Origin: the human T2T-CHM13v2.0 reference genome, Homo sapiens
DNA: 64,000 bases
NCBI RefSeq assembly: GCF_009914755.1
Contig: NC_060925.1
Reading direction: 5' to 3' (one strand)
The notes under the pieces were generated by a model that was given only the letters and a program-made list of their open reading frames with translations, was not told the origin of the DNA and ran no database searches. The translations under genes were made by a program, and so were the position numbers. Positions 51,801-64,000 of the stretch are shown here, piece after piece; the first letter of the stretch is position 1, and each line of letters starts with the position of its first letter.

Positions 51801-53439
51801 CATTGTATTTTTTATTCCATTCTTTGAAATAGTAAGCTCTCATATTTGTTTGGCTCTTTTTTATGATACCTCTTTGTTTGAATTTCTCATTCAGATCATG
51901 AATTGTTTTCCTGATTTTACTGACTTGTTTGTCCTTATCGTCTTGTTAGGATGTTTATAAATATCCTTTTCTTTAGGACCTGTTACTGGAAACTTATTGT
52001 ATTCCTTTGGGAATGTCATGTTTCCTTGCTTTTTCAAGTTTCTTGTGACTCTACATATCTGCACATCGAGTGGAAGTGTTGCTTTTTTCCATTTTATGGA
52101 GTAGCTTTGGTAGCTTTTCCTGTAGATGGACCCTAGGGTGTCAACCGGAAACACTGTGTGGCTTCAGCTCTGGGTGGACTCAGTAGAACTGGTCTCTGTA
52201 ACAGATTCTTCAGCTGTAATCCTCATCTGCAACACCTGTGATATCTCAGTGGCCCAGGCTGCATTTGTGGTGGGTTGGTTTTGCTGGGGCAGGGTTCCCT
52301 GTTGGCCAGGCACATGGGGGTGCAGTAGGCTAGAAGGTTGTGTGTCTGACTCTGGAATGGCAAGGCCACTGCCAGACTCACTATCAGGCCAGGGGTGATC
52401 ATGAGCAGATCAGGCAGCTGTGTGTAACCCTCTCCAACGGAGTGGTGCTACTTCTGGTCCAGTTCTCAAGCCAAGAATGGGTGCACACAGGCCCAGCAGC
52501 TGCAAGGAGCCTCTCCACTGTGCATGCTTGCCTGTTTCCCTGGGTGACAGGATGCCTCATCTGTTCAGACATCAGAGTCCCAGTCATTCCTTTGGGCCTA
52601 GGTTCTAGACAGCTGGAGTATTGGTGCTGTAGGCACCTATGTGAATTTAGTGAAATGACTGTGGCACGTAAGCGGTAGAATGGTTTAGTGGCTACTGGCC
52701 TCAAAGCAGGACACACTCCAGATGTAGGTCCAGTTTCAAGATGATGCCATGCCATAGAAATGTATGTCTCATGAGCAAGGGTGTCAAGGAAATTTCTCTT
52801 CCGGGGAATGCACCTGTGTGTATTCCTGGCAATTGTCCAAATTGGACTCAAGGTCTGTGAGGATTGGAGGACCACCCTGTAGCAATAACTGCTGGCGTCT
52901 GCAACAGTGATAGGGACCACTAAAAGTCTCCAGCTTACCTTTTCCCCATAAGTAGAAGTATCCCCAGTTCTGATCTGCTCCTGGCAGGGGAAATAGTGTG
53001 GCAGAGGCAGGATGATTTGCTCCACACTCTTTGGAGGTATCCTGGCTTCCATGCTCCACAGGGGTTTTGCAATTCCCCTGGTGCTCTCCAGAACACTTAC
53101 TCTGTCCACCCTGTTGAAATATAGTTGTTTATTCAATGTTTTGGTTCCTTTATATGGGGCAGGTGGAGGGGGATGAGAGCCAGGCCACTGTAGTCTGCTG
53201 TCTTGCTAATGTCACTGCCTAAAAATCTTTATCTTTAAAAATTAAGAGATATGCCTAGATATCCAGTTTTAAAATTTGTGATTCTATCTTAATTGAAAAG
53301 ATATCTTTTCTTCTCTCATTTTGACTTAGTTTTCTATCATGACTGAAGAAATTCTGCAATAATAGTTATGTGAATTGCCTATTCATTTGATTACAAGTGA
53401 AGACAGGTTATGCAAAATCCAGTATAAAGGTATGAAGAA

Positions 53440-53800
53440 ATCGAAATTCTCATTAACTGTTGTTAAGAGTATAAACTGATACTCTTTCCAGAGACTCATA
53501 TGACAAAGTATAAAAATATACATACCCTTTGACTCAGCAACACCACTTTTAGGAACATAACTTAAGGAGACAAGTGCACAAGGATAAATACACAAAAAGT
53601 TAATTTAAATATCTTTTATAATAGTAATAAATTAGAAATAACCTAAATGTCCTTGATTAGGAAACAATGATAGTTAAGTAATTTATGAGATACACAGGCA
53701 ATGTAATAAAGATGCAGCCATTAAAAATGAAACCTATGATTGATATAGAAATGGAAATATTTACAAGATATTGAATGAGAGAAAAACAGCTTCAAAATAA
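53440..53800 (+). mobile_element. L1ME-type 3' fragment
   Basis: CATACCCTTTGACTCAGCAA..CCACTTTTAGGAA; ATGCAGCCATTAAAAATGA. Confidence 0.65.
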
Positions 53801-53814
53801 AGTAAAAGGGCAAT

Positions 53815-54040
53815 ATCATATAATGTTTAAGAGCACGTGATCTGGAATTATACAGTCCCAAGTTTTAATCCATAATCTTCCACTTAACGTTAGGTAAATC
53901 ACTTAACTATCCCAGTGCTCAGTGCCCTCATCCATAAAATGGGGATAATGATGGTATCTACCTTGCAACATTGCTGTGTATATTAAATAAAACAATATAA
54001 GCATGTCAGATTTCTAAGTGTCTGTTATTCAATAAGTACT
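53815..54040 (+). mobile_element. MIR
   Basis: TAGGTAAATCACTTAAC...CTCAGTGCCCTCATCCATAAAATGGGGATAAT. Confidence 0.8.
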
Positions 54041-54289
54041 AATTTAAATTTTATCAATTGTTCAAAATGTTAGTTTTTAATGAGTAATGGGATCCAAAAT
54101 AGTTATATAAATGTGCAAATAGATTTTTTTCAAGTATGTACAATTAAATATTATCTGAGTATGGGTATGGGGGCTGTTTCTTATTCTATTTATTTTGACA
54201 TTTTTAAAAAGATAAATTTTTCCCCAAACCAAAGTTTTTTCTAACAGGTCAAGCTATAACAATATTAACCAGTTTATTTTGCCTTAAAT

Positions 54290-55700
54290 TATAATTACCA
54301 TGTGTCTACATTTCCCACCTAAATATGTGCTCCTTGAGGGCAAGGACTATGTAATTCATCAATATATTATAGACTTTTACTTTATCAGTGTCTTATACAT
54401 CATAGAAATTCAATAAAAGTTTGCTGAATGAATGTGTGAACAAATGAATAAAGACTTCAATCTTATAATAACCTATAATAATATACAGAATATTACCAGA
54501 GTATATTATGAGGGGAAAAGTAAAAGATTTATTATTATAGTGGTAAAATTGTGAGCTTTAGAGTCAGTGAGATCTGGGTTCAAATCACAATTCTGACTCT
54601 TAATAGTGAATTGGCTTTGGGAAGTATGCATATATTGAGCAAGTATTGTATATTACAGTACTGGGTGTACAAAGAAGAACAAGATAAGGTCCATTCTCTG
54701 AAGGAGTTCAGAGTAAATTGAGAGAAATAGATACAAAAACAACCAATGACAATGCTGAGTAATAGAGTATACGTATTGTAGCTACAAAGTGGTGTGATCA
54801 GGAATCTGGTGGAAGCTTAGAAAAAATGGTGGTCAGTTATGCCTAGGGAGAATCAGCAATATTTGACTTAGATCTGAAAGAATGAAAGAGTTTAGAAAAA
54901 TAATTTCTCTCCATCTTTGTTGTCCACAGGCTACCTTTCATCTGGTATCATGCAATGCTTCCTAACTAGTTCCTCCAATTCTAGTCTTAAAAATTCTTCC
55001 AATATCTTTTCTAGCAGTAGCCAGAAATAACTTCTCAAAATGTAAATAGGATATATCTCCATCCTCTGTAGAACACTCTAGTGATTTCCTTCTTAAGATA
55101 AAATCCAAAATAATCCAGAATCTTTAACACTGTTCAGAGGCCCTTATATGATGAGAGTCCTAAATACCACTCTGGCTTCATCTTAGTCTACTGTTCCCTT
55201 AGGGTATTACCTGCTAACCTCAAAATCAGCAGGTTCTCTCCATTTCAGAGCTTTTTTTATGTTTTTCCCTCTGCATGAACTACTCTTCATCACTGCTCTT
55301 CACATAACTAACTACCACTTTGCTTTCAAACTTCATTTTAAATGTCATTTCATCAAAGGAGGTCTTTTCTGACCTCCCTAATATATCCTGTTAGTGCTGA
55401 TCCCACAACATCATACTTTTCATACATAGCACTTTTATCATGATTTTGTAACCACATATTTATATATTTGATTATGTGTTTAATGTCTGCCTCCCAAACA
55501 TGACCATAAGTAACATGAAGCTCAGATCATGTCTTGCCCTCACTGTATTTGCAGCATTTAACACAAATACACTTAACACTGTATTTGGCACAGAATATGA
55601 GTTCACAAATAATAAATAACTGAAGAGGGAAAATAGCATTCTAGCACATGGAACAGTGCTTACTACAAAAGAGGTATTCAATAAATATTTATTAAATGAA
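54290..55700. mobile_element. Cluster of L2 (+ 54290-54450, - 54630-54890, + 54905-55620) and MIR (54535-54625) fragments
   Basis: CTCCTTGAGGGCAAGGAC...TTGCTGAATGAATG; TTAGAGTCAG..GATCTGGGTTCAAATC; TAAGATAAAATCCAAA. Confidence 0.65.
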
Positions 55701-57391
55701 TTATTTGTTGAACAAGAAAGGACCATACGGTATGAAAAGTGTTTGAAAATAGCATGAGATTTAAAATGCTGGAGCTTAGAGATTGTAGGGTGAAAGCTGA
55801 GAAATAAGTCATAAAATGTAAGTTTCCTTTCCCAAGTATCACAAAATCAGGCACATAACAATTACTTCATAGAAACTGGTGAATTAATTGTATTAATCAG
55901 ATTTGAAAATAATAATCATTTAGACCCATAAAAGTATTAAAATTTAGCTTTATAACACTGTTTAAATTCCTTGCAAACAGTACTTTTGTAGAAATGCAGC
56001 ATTCATTTTTTTAAATCCCAGAATCAAAATTGATTCATGTTTTGTAATCATGTATAATTTAAGTAATAGTTTAAATTTAGCATATCAAAAGTATAGAAAT
56101 CATTAAAATATATTTAGAATTTAATGCACAAACTTTTTACAGCACTTCTTTTGCTCAAGTCAGTATCATGTCAGTGGCATACAACTAAAAAATACAACTT
56201 AAAAATAAGAGAAGAGCAGTTTTTAATTATGTAGGACACATCTGAAAAGCCCAGCCTAGCACTCCAAAGTTTATGCATACCATCTTGAAGTCTTCTGTAC
56301 CTAGTCAAAAACAAAACAAAACAAAAAACAGAAAATGGTCTTGCACTAGCTATTGGGTCATTTGCAATTCCCTGCTTTCATTACCCTATAAAGCTTTGAT
56401 AAAAATCCTTTGTAGGGAAGAGGAAGGATTCCGGGAATGGTGGTATGTGGATATTAGTAGACACTCTCCCCAGTGAAACAGTAATTTAACTGGTAAAAAA
56501 ATAAAATCAAAAGAAACCTTTTAAAGTATCTATAATTTCTCCTAAGGCATACAGCAAATGGAGAAACATTTAGTCACAAAGATCATTAAATCATGCTAAG
56601 AACAGCAAAAGCCTGTAGTATTTGACTCACAAGCTGCTCCCATTATCCCACACCACTGTCTCTCTCCCCAGCTCTCATCTAGTTTCACCCTGGCAGGGGA
56701 AGATCATCAGCATTTCTCATTTTCCCCAAAGCTTCATACTAAAGGAGTTCTAATCCAGGCAAGTACATCTGAGATAATTGGGCTCCCATCCTCCATCCAT
56801 CCTCCACTCACAGCATGGAAGTTCTACTCAAGGCAGAGAATGCTGAGTGGGCTTGCATTACTCTTGCCCCAGCTACCTTATAGGGTGGAAGTTCTATGCC
56901 AACATGGGCAATCCAAGAAGACTAGGTGCTGCCATCTCCAACTACCACCCCACTCATAGAACAGAGGTGTCACACAGGCCACTCTCCTCACCCGCAGCCC
57001 TGATGCAGTAGCACACAGATTCTACCCAGGGAGAAAATCAGGCCATCAGAACAACAGCTGCAACTATGAGTAAGGCTGGCCCAGGATACCTGAGTCCCTG
57101 AAACTCCTTCCCAAAACTAATGTTATTTGGAAGAAAGCATGGAGAATTTCATCCCTAATAACATTATCAAAACAATGGCAAACTTGGTGGTGAGCAATAA
57201 AGAGGGAGTTAAGAGCTCCAGGGTACTAGAAGAAATACGTGGAATGCAAGACCAGGAAGTGTTTTATAAGAGTAAATCTAGCAAAGAGACAGGTAAAAGA
57301 GCCCTCCTGGATAAGGGAAAGCCTCAAAGATTGACAATGCCTTGCCTCTGCAATGGGGAGTTGGTCTTTAATTGGAATAAACAATTTATAC

Positions 57392-57661
57392 CAAATACAA
57401 CATGTTCTCATAAGTGGGAGCTAAACAATGGGTGCACATGAACATAAAAATGGAAACTGTACACACTGGGAACTCCAAAAGGGGGGAAGTTGGGAGGGAG
57501 GCAAGGGTTGAAAACTAACACGTATAATATTTACTATTTGGGTTATGGTTATACTATAAGCCCAATCTCCACCAGTATGCAATATATTCATGTAACAAAC
57601 ATGCACATGTATCCCCTGAATCTAAAATTAAATTAAATTTAAAAGATGCTGCCAGCATGGA
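57392..57661 (+). mobile_element. L1PB-type 3' fragment
   Basis: ATAAGTGGGAGCTAAAC...ATGTATCCCCTGAATCTAAAAT; TSD AAACAATTTATAC (57379-57391) / AAAAAATTTATAC (57662-57674). Confidence 0.85.
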
Positions 57662-57937
57662 AAAAAATTTATACTCAGAGCACTACCAAAACATACAACA
57701 ATCAGATAGCAATTATTGGTGGCTAAGAACAGAAAATTATATCAATAGAAGCAGACCAGAGAAAGGGATAATAAGAAAGAGCTGAGCTGAAATCAAGGTG
57801 CTCAAAACAATTAATGCTATAAAATAGCACTCCTTATTCCTGGTGGTCAAGGAGACTATGTGCACACCTAAGTTGAAACAAGATTACAAAGTATTTGAAG
57901 AAATGCTAGCTGAAAACTTCCTAAATGTGATCCTAAA

Positions 57938-58490
57938 TGTCAAAATGGTTAATGAATACCATGAGCAAACTGAAAGTAACAATCAAGGCTTTATTCACCT
58001 ACTGCAACAGTGCAAGGAAGAAGGAAAATAAAATGGTGCCAGCTCTCCAGTGTTTTCCTACTGGAGAACACCAACGGTAAGGTGGTAACATGTAGTACAG
58101 GCAGGGGGATGTGTTTCATTGCTGAGGAGCCCTTAACAAAAGGTTCCTGCCTTTCTGTAGAGGAAAGGAGAGGCTGGGAGAGGAAGAGGGGAAAGAAATG
58201 GAAAAGCACTGAGTAAGAGTGGGAAAACCACCGCAGCTGAGGTCCCCCAATAAGGAGGTCTCTGGATGAAGGTGCCTGGGCTAAGAATTCACACATACAC
58301 ACGAGTATGGCTGGCATGGGAGATCTGAGTCCCTGAAACTCCTTCCCCAAAACGTAAATTAGCTGTGCATCAAGTCTGATGTAGGGAATGCAGTTTTCCC
58401 CATGAAGCTTGCCAGGAAAATCCTTATAATTGCCTGTAGTTGGGCCATAAAGGCTACACAGAGAATTTTGGCCTGGACCCTGACTCCTCA
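57938..58490 (-). mobile_element. Solo LTR, probably ERVL class (family not assigned)
   Basis: TG...CA ends; minus-strand AATAAA about 50 nt from the 3' end; 5 bp TSD ctaaa/ctaac; interrupts L1 ORF1-like sequence. Confidence 0.65.
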
Positions 58491-59779
58491 CTAACTTCCA
58501 GAAGCTTAAGGAATGGCAAGTAAGATAAATGCAAAGACCTCCAAACTCAGACACACAATAGGCAAAACGTTGAAAGAAAAAGACAATGAGAAAATATCAA
58601 AAGCAGAAAAAAAAAATTCAACTCATCAAATACAAGGGAACTCAATATGATTGATAATTGACTTATCATCAGAAACAATGGAGGGCACTTTTGCCTCTTT
58701 CAAAAATCCAGGCAAAATAAAGACATTCCCAGATAAAAATGGAGTGAATTTGGTGCCAGAAGAACTTACTTACAAGGAATACTAAAGGAAGTTATTTAAC
58801 TTCCTTTAACAAGTTACACCAGACAATAATCTGAATCCACATGAAAAAACAAACAGCACTAACAGAGGTAATTATAAAAGACATAACAATAGTATATCTA
58901 TACTCATTTCTTCTGTTAAATGATTTTTAAAGCAATTTTTAAAAACGTGTAATTGTACTGTCATGCTTATAATACATACAAAGGTAATATAATTGATAAT
59001 AAGAGCCCAAAAGAGGTGGGCAAGAACAAAGCTGTACTGGAAAAGAAAATGATGTTTGATGATAACTCAAATCCACAAAAATAATTAAAAGAACTAGAAA
59101 TAATAAATAAGATTCATATAATAAACTCTATAAATATATACTTTATTTACTTTCTCTTCTCAGCTTCTTTAAAATACATAGAATTACATAAAATAATAAT
59201 TACAAAAATGAATTGTTGGGTTTGTAATGCCTGTGAGATATACTATGATTTTAAAATAGCACAAAAGGGGGAAGAAAGGGGGAGCTCTACAGGTATAAAT
59301 TTTCAATATCATTGGAATTAGGTTAGTATAAATATGAACTAAATTCTGATAAGTAAACATGGACATTGTAAGTGTAAGAGCAACCACTAAGAAAATAACC
59401 AGAAAAAAAGTCATTTAAAAAATTAAAATATTACACTGGGAAATATTCACTTAATTCAATTGATGGCAATGAAGGAGGAACAGTGACTAAAGAGGCATAA
59501 AGAAAACAAAAAGTGAAATGAAAGACATAAATTCCTATCAATAATAACATTAAATATGAATGGATTAAATAATCCAATCAAAAGGCAGACATTATAACTC
59601 CGGGGAAAAACAACAACATCCAACTAACTATATTCTCTCTACAGGAAACATCTCCCTTCAGATTCAAAGATACAAATTGATGATAAGTAAATAGGTGGAA
59701 AAAGGTATACCACACAAAAAGAAGGCTGGAGTTGCTATACTAATATCAGACAAAATATATAATTCAAAATGTTATAAGA

Positions 59780-60076
59780 GGCCAAGAGTGATGGCGCACA
59801 CCTAAAATCCCAGCACTCTGAGGGGCCAAAGCGGGAGGACTGATTGAGGCCAGAAGTTTGAGACCAGCCTGGGCAACTCAGCAAGATCCTATCTCTACAA
59901 AAATAAAAACAAAAACTTAGCCAGGTGTAGTGGTGTACACCTATAATCCTAGCTATTCAGGAGGCTGAGGCGGAAGGATTGCTTGAGCCTAGGAGCTTGA
60001 GGTTGCAGTAAGCTATGATCATACCACTGTACTCTCCAGCCTGAGCAACAGAGCAAGACCCTGTCTCTTAAAAAAA
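59780..60076 (+). mobile_element. AluJ
   Basis: GGAGGACTGATTGAGGCCAG, GATTGCTTGAGCCTAGGAG and GCTATGATC diagnostics; degenerate TSD aatgttataagag/aatattattagag. Confidence 0.92.
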
Positions 60077-61124
60077 CAATATTATTAGAGATAAAGAGGG
60101 AAAATATACCAATTATATATAATATATGCACATATACACCCCTTACAAGAGAACTCCAAAATATATGAAGCAAAACATGACAGAATTAAAAAGGAGAAAG
60201 GGACAATTCAACAATCATATTTAGGGACTGCAATACGCCATTTTCAATGAGGGGTAGGAAAATTGAAAAGAACAAGGACAGAGAAAACATAACACTATAA
60301 AGCAAGTAGACCTAAAAGGCATTTCTAGCATACTCCACCCAACAGCAGCAGAGTATACAATTTCACGAAGTACACACAGAACATTCTCTAGGTTAAGGCA
60401 CATTTTAGGTCATAATATAAAAGTATCAATAAATTTTTGAAGTTTGACATCCTCTGAAATATACTTTCTAGACACAATGAAACTAAATTACAAGTTAACA
60501 CACAGGAGAATTTTAGGAATGTATAAATATGTGAAAACTAAACAATACATTCCTAAATAATTAATGGGTCAAAAAAGAGATTACAAGGGAAATTAGAAAA
60601 TACTTTGATTTCAACGAACATGTAGGGTACAGCTAAAGCAGTGCTTAGAGAGAAATTTATAACTTTAAGCTCTTATATTTTTAAATAAGAATATCTCAAA
60701 ATCAATGACATAAGCATCACCTTATGAAACTAGAAAAAGTAGAGCAAACTAATCTAAAGCAAGCAGAAGAAAGAAAATAATGAAGATTGGAGTATAAATG
60801 AATGAAGCAGAGGCTAGAAAAACAAGAAAGAAAGTCAATAAAACCAAAAGTTAGTTCATTGAAAAGATCAACAAAAACCAAAAACTTTAGCTAGAATGAC
60901 CAAGAAAGAACAAAGACACAAACTATTAAAATTAAGAATAAAAAGATGAGGCATCACTAACAACCTTAAATAAAAAGAATTATAAGATCATACTATGAAC
61001 AACTGTCTGCCAAAATATTAAATAACTGAGATAAAATAAAGAAGTTTCTAGCAATACACAAACTATCAAAACAGACTCAAGAAGGAGTATAAAATATGAA
61101 TGCATCTATAGATGATAAAAAGAT

Positions 61125-61867
61125 TAAGATTGTCTGAACATTTCTGTCCCTCCCAAAATTCAGGTTAAAATCCGAATCCTCCATGTGATGTACTAGGAGG
61201 TAGCATCTTTAAGAAGTAAGTAGAAGTTCTCATGAGTGAGATTAGTGTCTGCTATGGTTTAAATGTGTTCCCCCAAAAAGCACGTGTTGGAAACTTAATA
61301 GCCAATGCACAGTGTTGGTAAGTGGGGTCTAATGAGAGGTAATTAGGCCAAGAGTGTGAAGTGAATGGGTTAATGTCATTATCATGGGTGTGGGTGCATT
61401 ACTGCAGAAGCAGTTCCTTATGAAAGGACAAGTTCAGTTCTTTTTTGTCTCCTTGTTCTTTTCTCTTGCACTCTCTTTGCCCTTCTGCCATGAGATGATG
61501 CAGCAAGAAGTCCCTTGCCAGATGCTCGCCCCTCAATCTTGGACTTTCCAGCTTCCAGAGCCATAAACCAATAAATTTCTGTTTATTGCAAATTATTCAG
61601 TCAGTGATATTCTGTTATATAATAGCAGCACAAAACAGACTAAGACAGTGCCCTTATATAAGAGGCCCCAGAAACCTGTTTTTTTTTTTTCCATAATGTC
61701 AGTACATAGCAAGAAGGCACCACATATGGGCCCTTGCCAGACACTGAATTTGCTCATGCCTGGTCTTGTACTCCTCAACCTTCAAAACTATGAGAAATAA
61801 GTATGTGATGTTTATGAGCAACCCAGTCTATGGTATTTTATTATAGCAGCCTGAACTGGTTAAGATA
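61125..61867 (+). mobile_element. MLT1A/MSTD LTR containing a nested MST LTR
   Basis: Outer LTR halves at 61125-61249 and 61648-61867 are collinear. Confidence 0.75.
61250..61647 (+). mobile_element. MSTB1/MSTC-type LTR
   Basis: TGCTATGGTTT...AAACAGACTAAGACA; TSD gtgtc/gtgcc. Confidence 0.85.
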
Positions 61868-63789
61868 AAGAATGAATTAGTATTTTCAAACTTCTCATAA
61901 AAATATCACCAGAAAAGAAAACTAAAGATCAATATCTTTTATCAATCATTAACAAAACACTAGCAAACAAAATCTAGCAAAATATAAAAAGGATTGATAT
62001 CATTACCAAATTGAATTTATTCCAGGCATGCAAGGTTGTTTGAAAATAAATTAATATACCACAGTAATAGGGTAAAGGACAAAAAAAATCAAATGGTCAT
62101 TGCAATAGATGCATAAAAAGTATCCGTCAAAATCAAACCCCCTCAACAAACTAGGAATGTAAAGGTACTCTCTCAACCTGATAAAGAGCTTCTACTAAAA
62201 AGCCCACAACTAATATCATACTTAATAGTGAAAGACGGCTACTTTTCCCTTAATATCACAAACAAGATAAGGATGTCAGTTCTTACCACTTGAATTCAAC
62301 ATTGTACTGAAGGTTCTAACCAGGGCAAATAGGCAAGAATAAAGAAATAAAAGGCATTCACAGTAGAAAGGAGAAAATGAAATGATCTCTATTTGCAAAT
62401 AACATGATACTATATATAGAAAATCCTAAAGAATCCAATAAAAAAAGTATTTGAGCTAAAAAATGGATTCAGCAAAGTTGTAGGATATATCAACACACCA
62501 AAAAAATTTATTGTATTTCTATACACTAGAATGAATAATTTAAAATTGAAAATAAGAAAACAATTACATTGGCAAGAGCATCACAAATACTTAGGAATAA
62601 ATTTAACAAAATAAATGTAAGGGTTTGTACACTGAAAACTACAAAATATTGTGAAAAGTAAACAAAGAAAATGTAAATAAATGTAAAGATATCTCATGGT
62701 CATAGATCAAAAGTCTTAATATTAAGATGGCAGTACTCCTGAGATTGATCAATCCCAAACACAATTACAGCTGCTATTCTTGCAGAAATTGGCAATTTTG
62801 TTCAAAACTTTATATAGAAATGCAAGGGACTCAGAACAGTCAGAATAACCTTGCAAAAGAAGAACAAAGTTGCATGTTGCACCCTTCCCTATTTCAAAAC
62901 TTGTTTCAAAGCTACAGTAATCAATACAATATGGTACTGACATAAGAATAGACATCTATATCAATGGAATAGAACTGAGAGTCCAGAAATAAATCCTTAC
63001 ATTTATGGTCAATTGATTTTTGACACAGGTGCCAAGACCATTTGATAGAGAAAACAAGTCTCTTCAATGAACTATACTGAAAAACTGGATATCTACTCAC
63101 AAAATTATGCAGTTGGAACCCTTCCTCAAACCACAAATGATGGAGTTAGACCCCTTTCTCAAACCACACACTAAAATGAACTCAAAACAGATCAAACATC
63201 TAAATGTAAGAGCTAAAACTAATAAGAAAACATAGGTGCAAGTCTTCATGATCTCGGATCAGGCAATAATTTTTCAATGTCACACCAATAGCACAAGTAA
63301 CAAAATTTAAAAACGATAAATTTGACTTCATCCAAATTCTGTGCAACAAGTGATACTATGAAGAAAATGAAAACACAAGCCACAGAATAGGAAAATAATT
63401 TTAAAGACTTATATCCAGCACATATAAAGAACTCTTACAGTTAATAATAAAAAGATAAATGACCCAATAAAAAATAAAAAATATATACAAATGGAAAACA
63501 AATACATTAAAAGATATTCAACACAATTAGTGATTAATGAAATGCAAATCAAAACCACAATGAGATACTTCTTCACACCCAATAGGATAACCACAAATCC
63601 TTGCTCTGCCAAGCAAATAATAGCATTATAACCTCAGTTTACTTACTCATAAAACAAAGATAATTAAACCTAACATGCAGAGTAATTTATAGGTTTTGAA
63701 AAATATCTGTAAAGTATTCATCTGAAAGCAAAGTGGCAACTTAATAAACCAAAGCATTTATATTTTTTACTTTTTATAGGTGACTCTAA

Positions 63790-64000
63790 AAGACTAGAAT
63801 TTATAGAAGTAGATAGTAGAATGGTGGCTACCAGTAGCTGGGGATGAGTGGGAAGGTGAGAGATAGACAGAACCTGACCAAAGAGTACAAAGCTTCTATC
63901 TGACCAAAGAGAAATAAGTTTCAATATCTATCCCACAGCAAGGTGACATTAGAAATGATAATGTATGTTACAAAATTACTAAAAGAATGTATGTTAAAAT
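63790..64000 (+). mobile_element. L1MA-type 3'UTR fragment
   Basis: TAGAAGTAGATAGTAGAATGGTGGCTACCAG. Confidence 0.7.

Larger units (their letters stand above)
56425..63590 (+). mobile_element. Old L1M (L1MC/MD-age), 5'UTR through ORF2, with nested insertions
   Basis: Decayed ORF1 (58500-58860), EN (ACATTAAATATGAATGGATTAAATAATCCAATCAAAAGGCAGA), RT (TCTCTATTTGCAAATAACATGAT) and C-terminus (AAATGCAAATCAAAACCACAATGAGATAC). Confidence 0.8.

Noticed and set aside
52399-53136. 245 aa minus-strand ORF
   Set aside because: Lies wholly in the 5'UTR of the L1MA element, with no recognisable protein features
63107-63168. ~30 bp diverged tandem duplication in L1M ORF2
   Set aside because: Old slippage event in a dead element with no further implication

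Overview
This is primate genomic DNA, almost certainly human: it carries an L1 3' end with the L1Hs-diagnostic ...CACAATGTGCAC...AAAACTTAGAGTATAAT. It is AT-rich and repeat-dominated, like a gene desert or large intron, with roughly 60-65% LINE-1 by my manual tally. I recognise no host protein-coding gene or RNA gene; the long ORFs in the track are decayed L1 ORF1/ORF2 pieces or chance ORFs in repeats. The main elements are a near full-length L1PA4-like copy (+, 16519-22729), an L1PA7-like copy (-, 26672-33462) inside an MLT2 LTR, a three-LTR THE1 array (35217-37905), a twin-primed L1PA8-like insert, and a full-length L1MA (-, 40221-53219) with nested L1 and Alu copies. Older L1M, L2, MIR, MaLR/ERV LTRs and DNA transposons fill the rest. 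I do not see a new multi-gene system. The most unusual signal is structural: an ancient 0.8 kb L1M fragment sits in opposite orientation inside the much younger L1PA7, between two copies of a ~286 bp duplication, and one junction is an exactly centred fold-back. Also notable are an L1Hs micro-insertion, an 87 bp L1 promoter duplication and a local ~52 bp templated copy. Subfamily names come from recalled consensus diagnostics and need Dfam/RepeatMasker confirmation.
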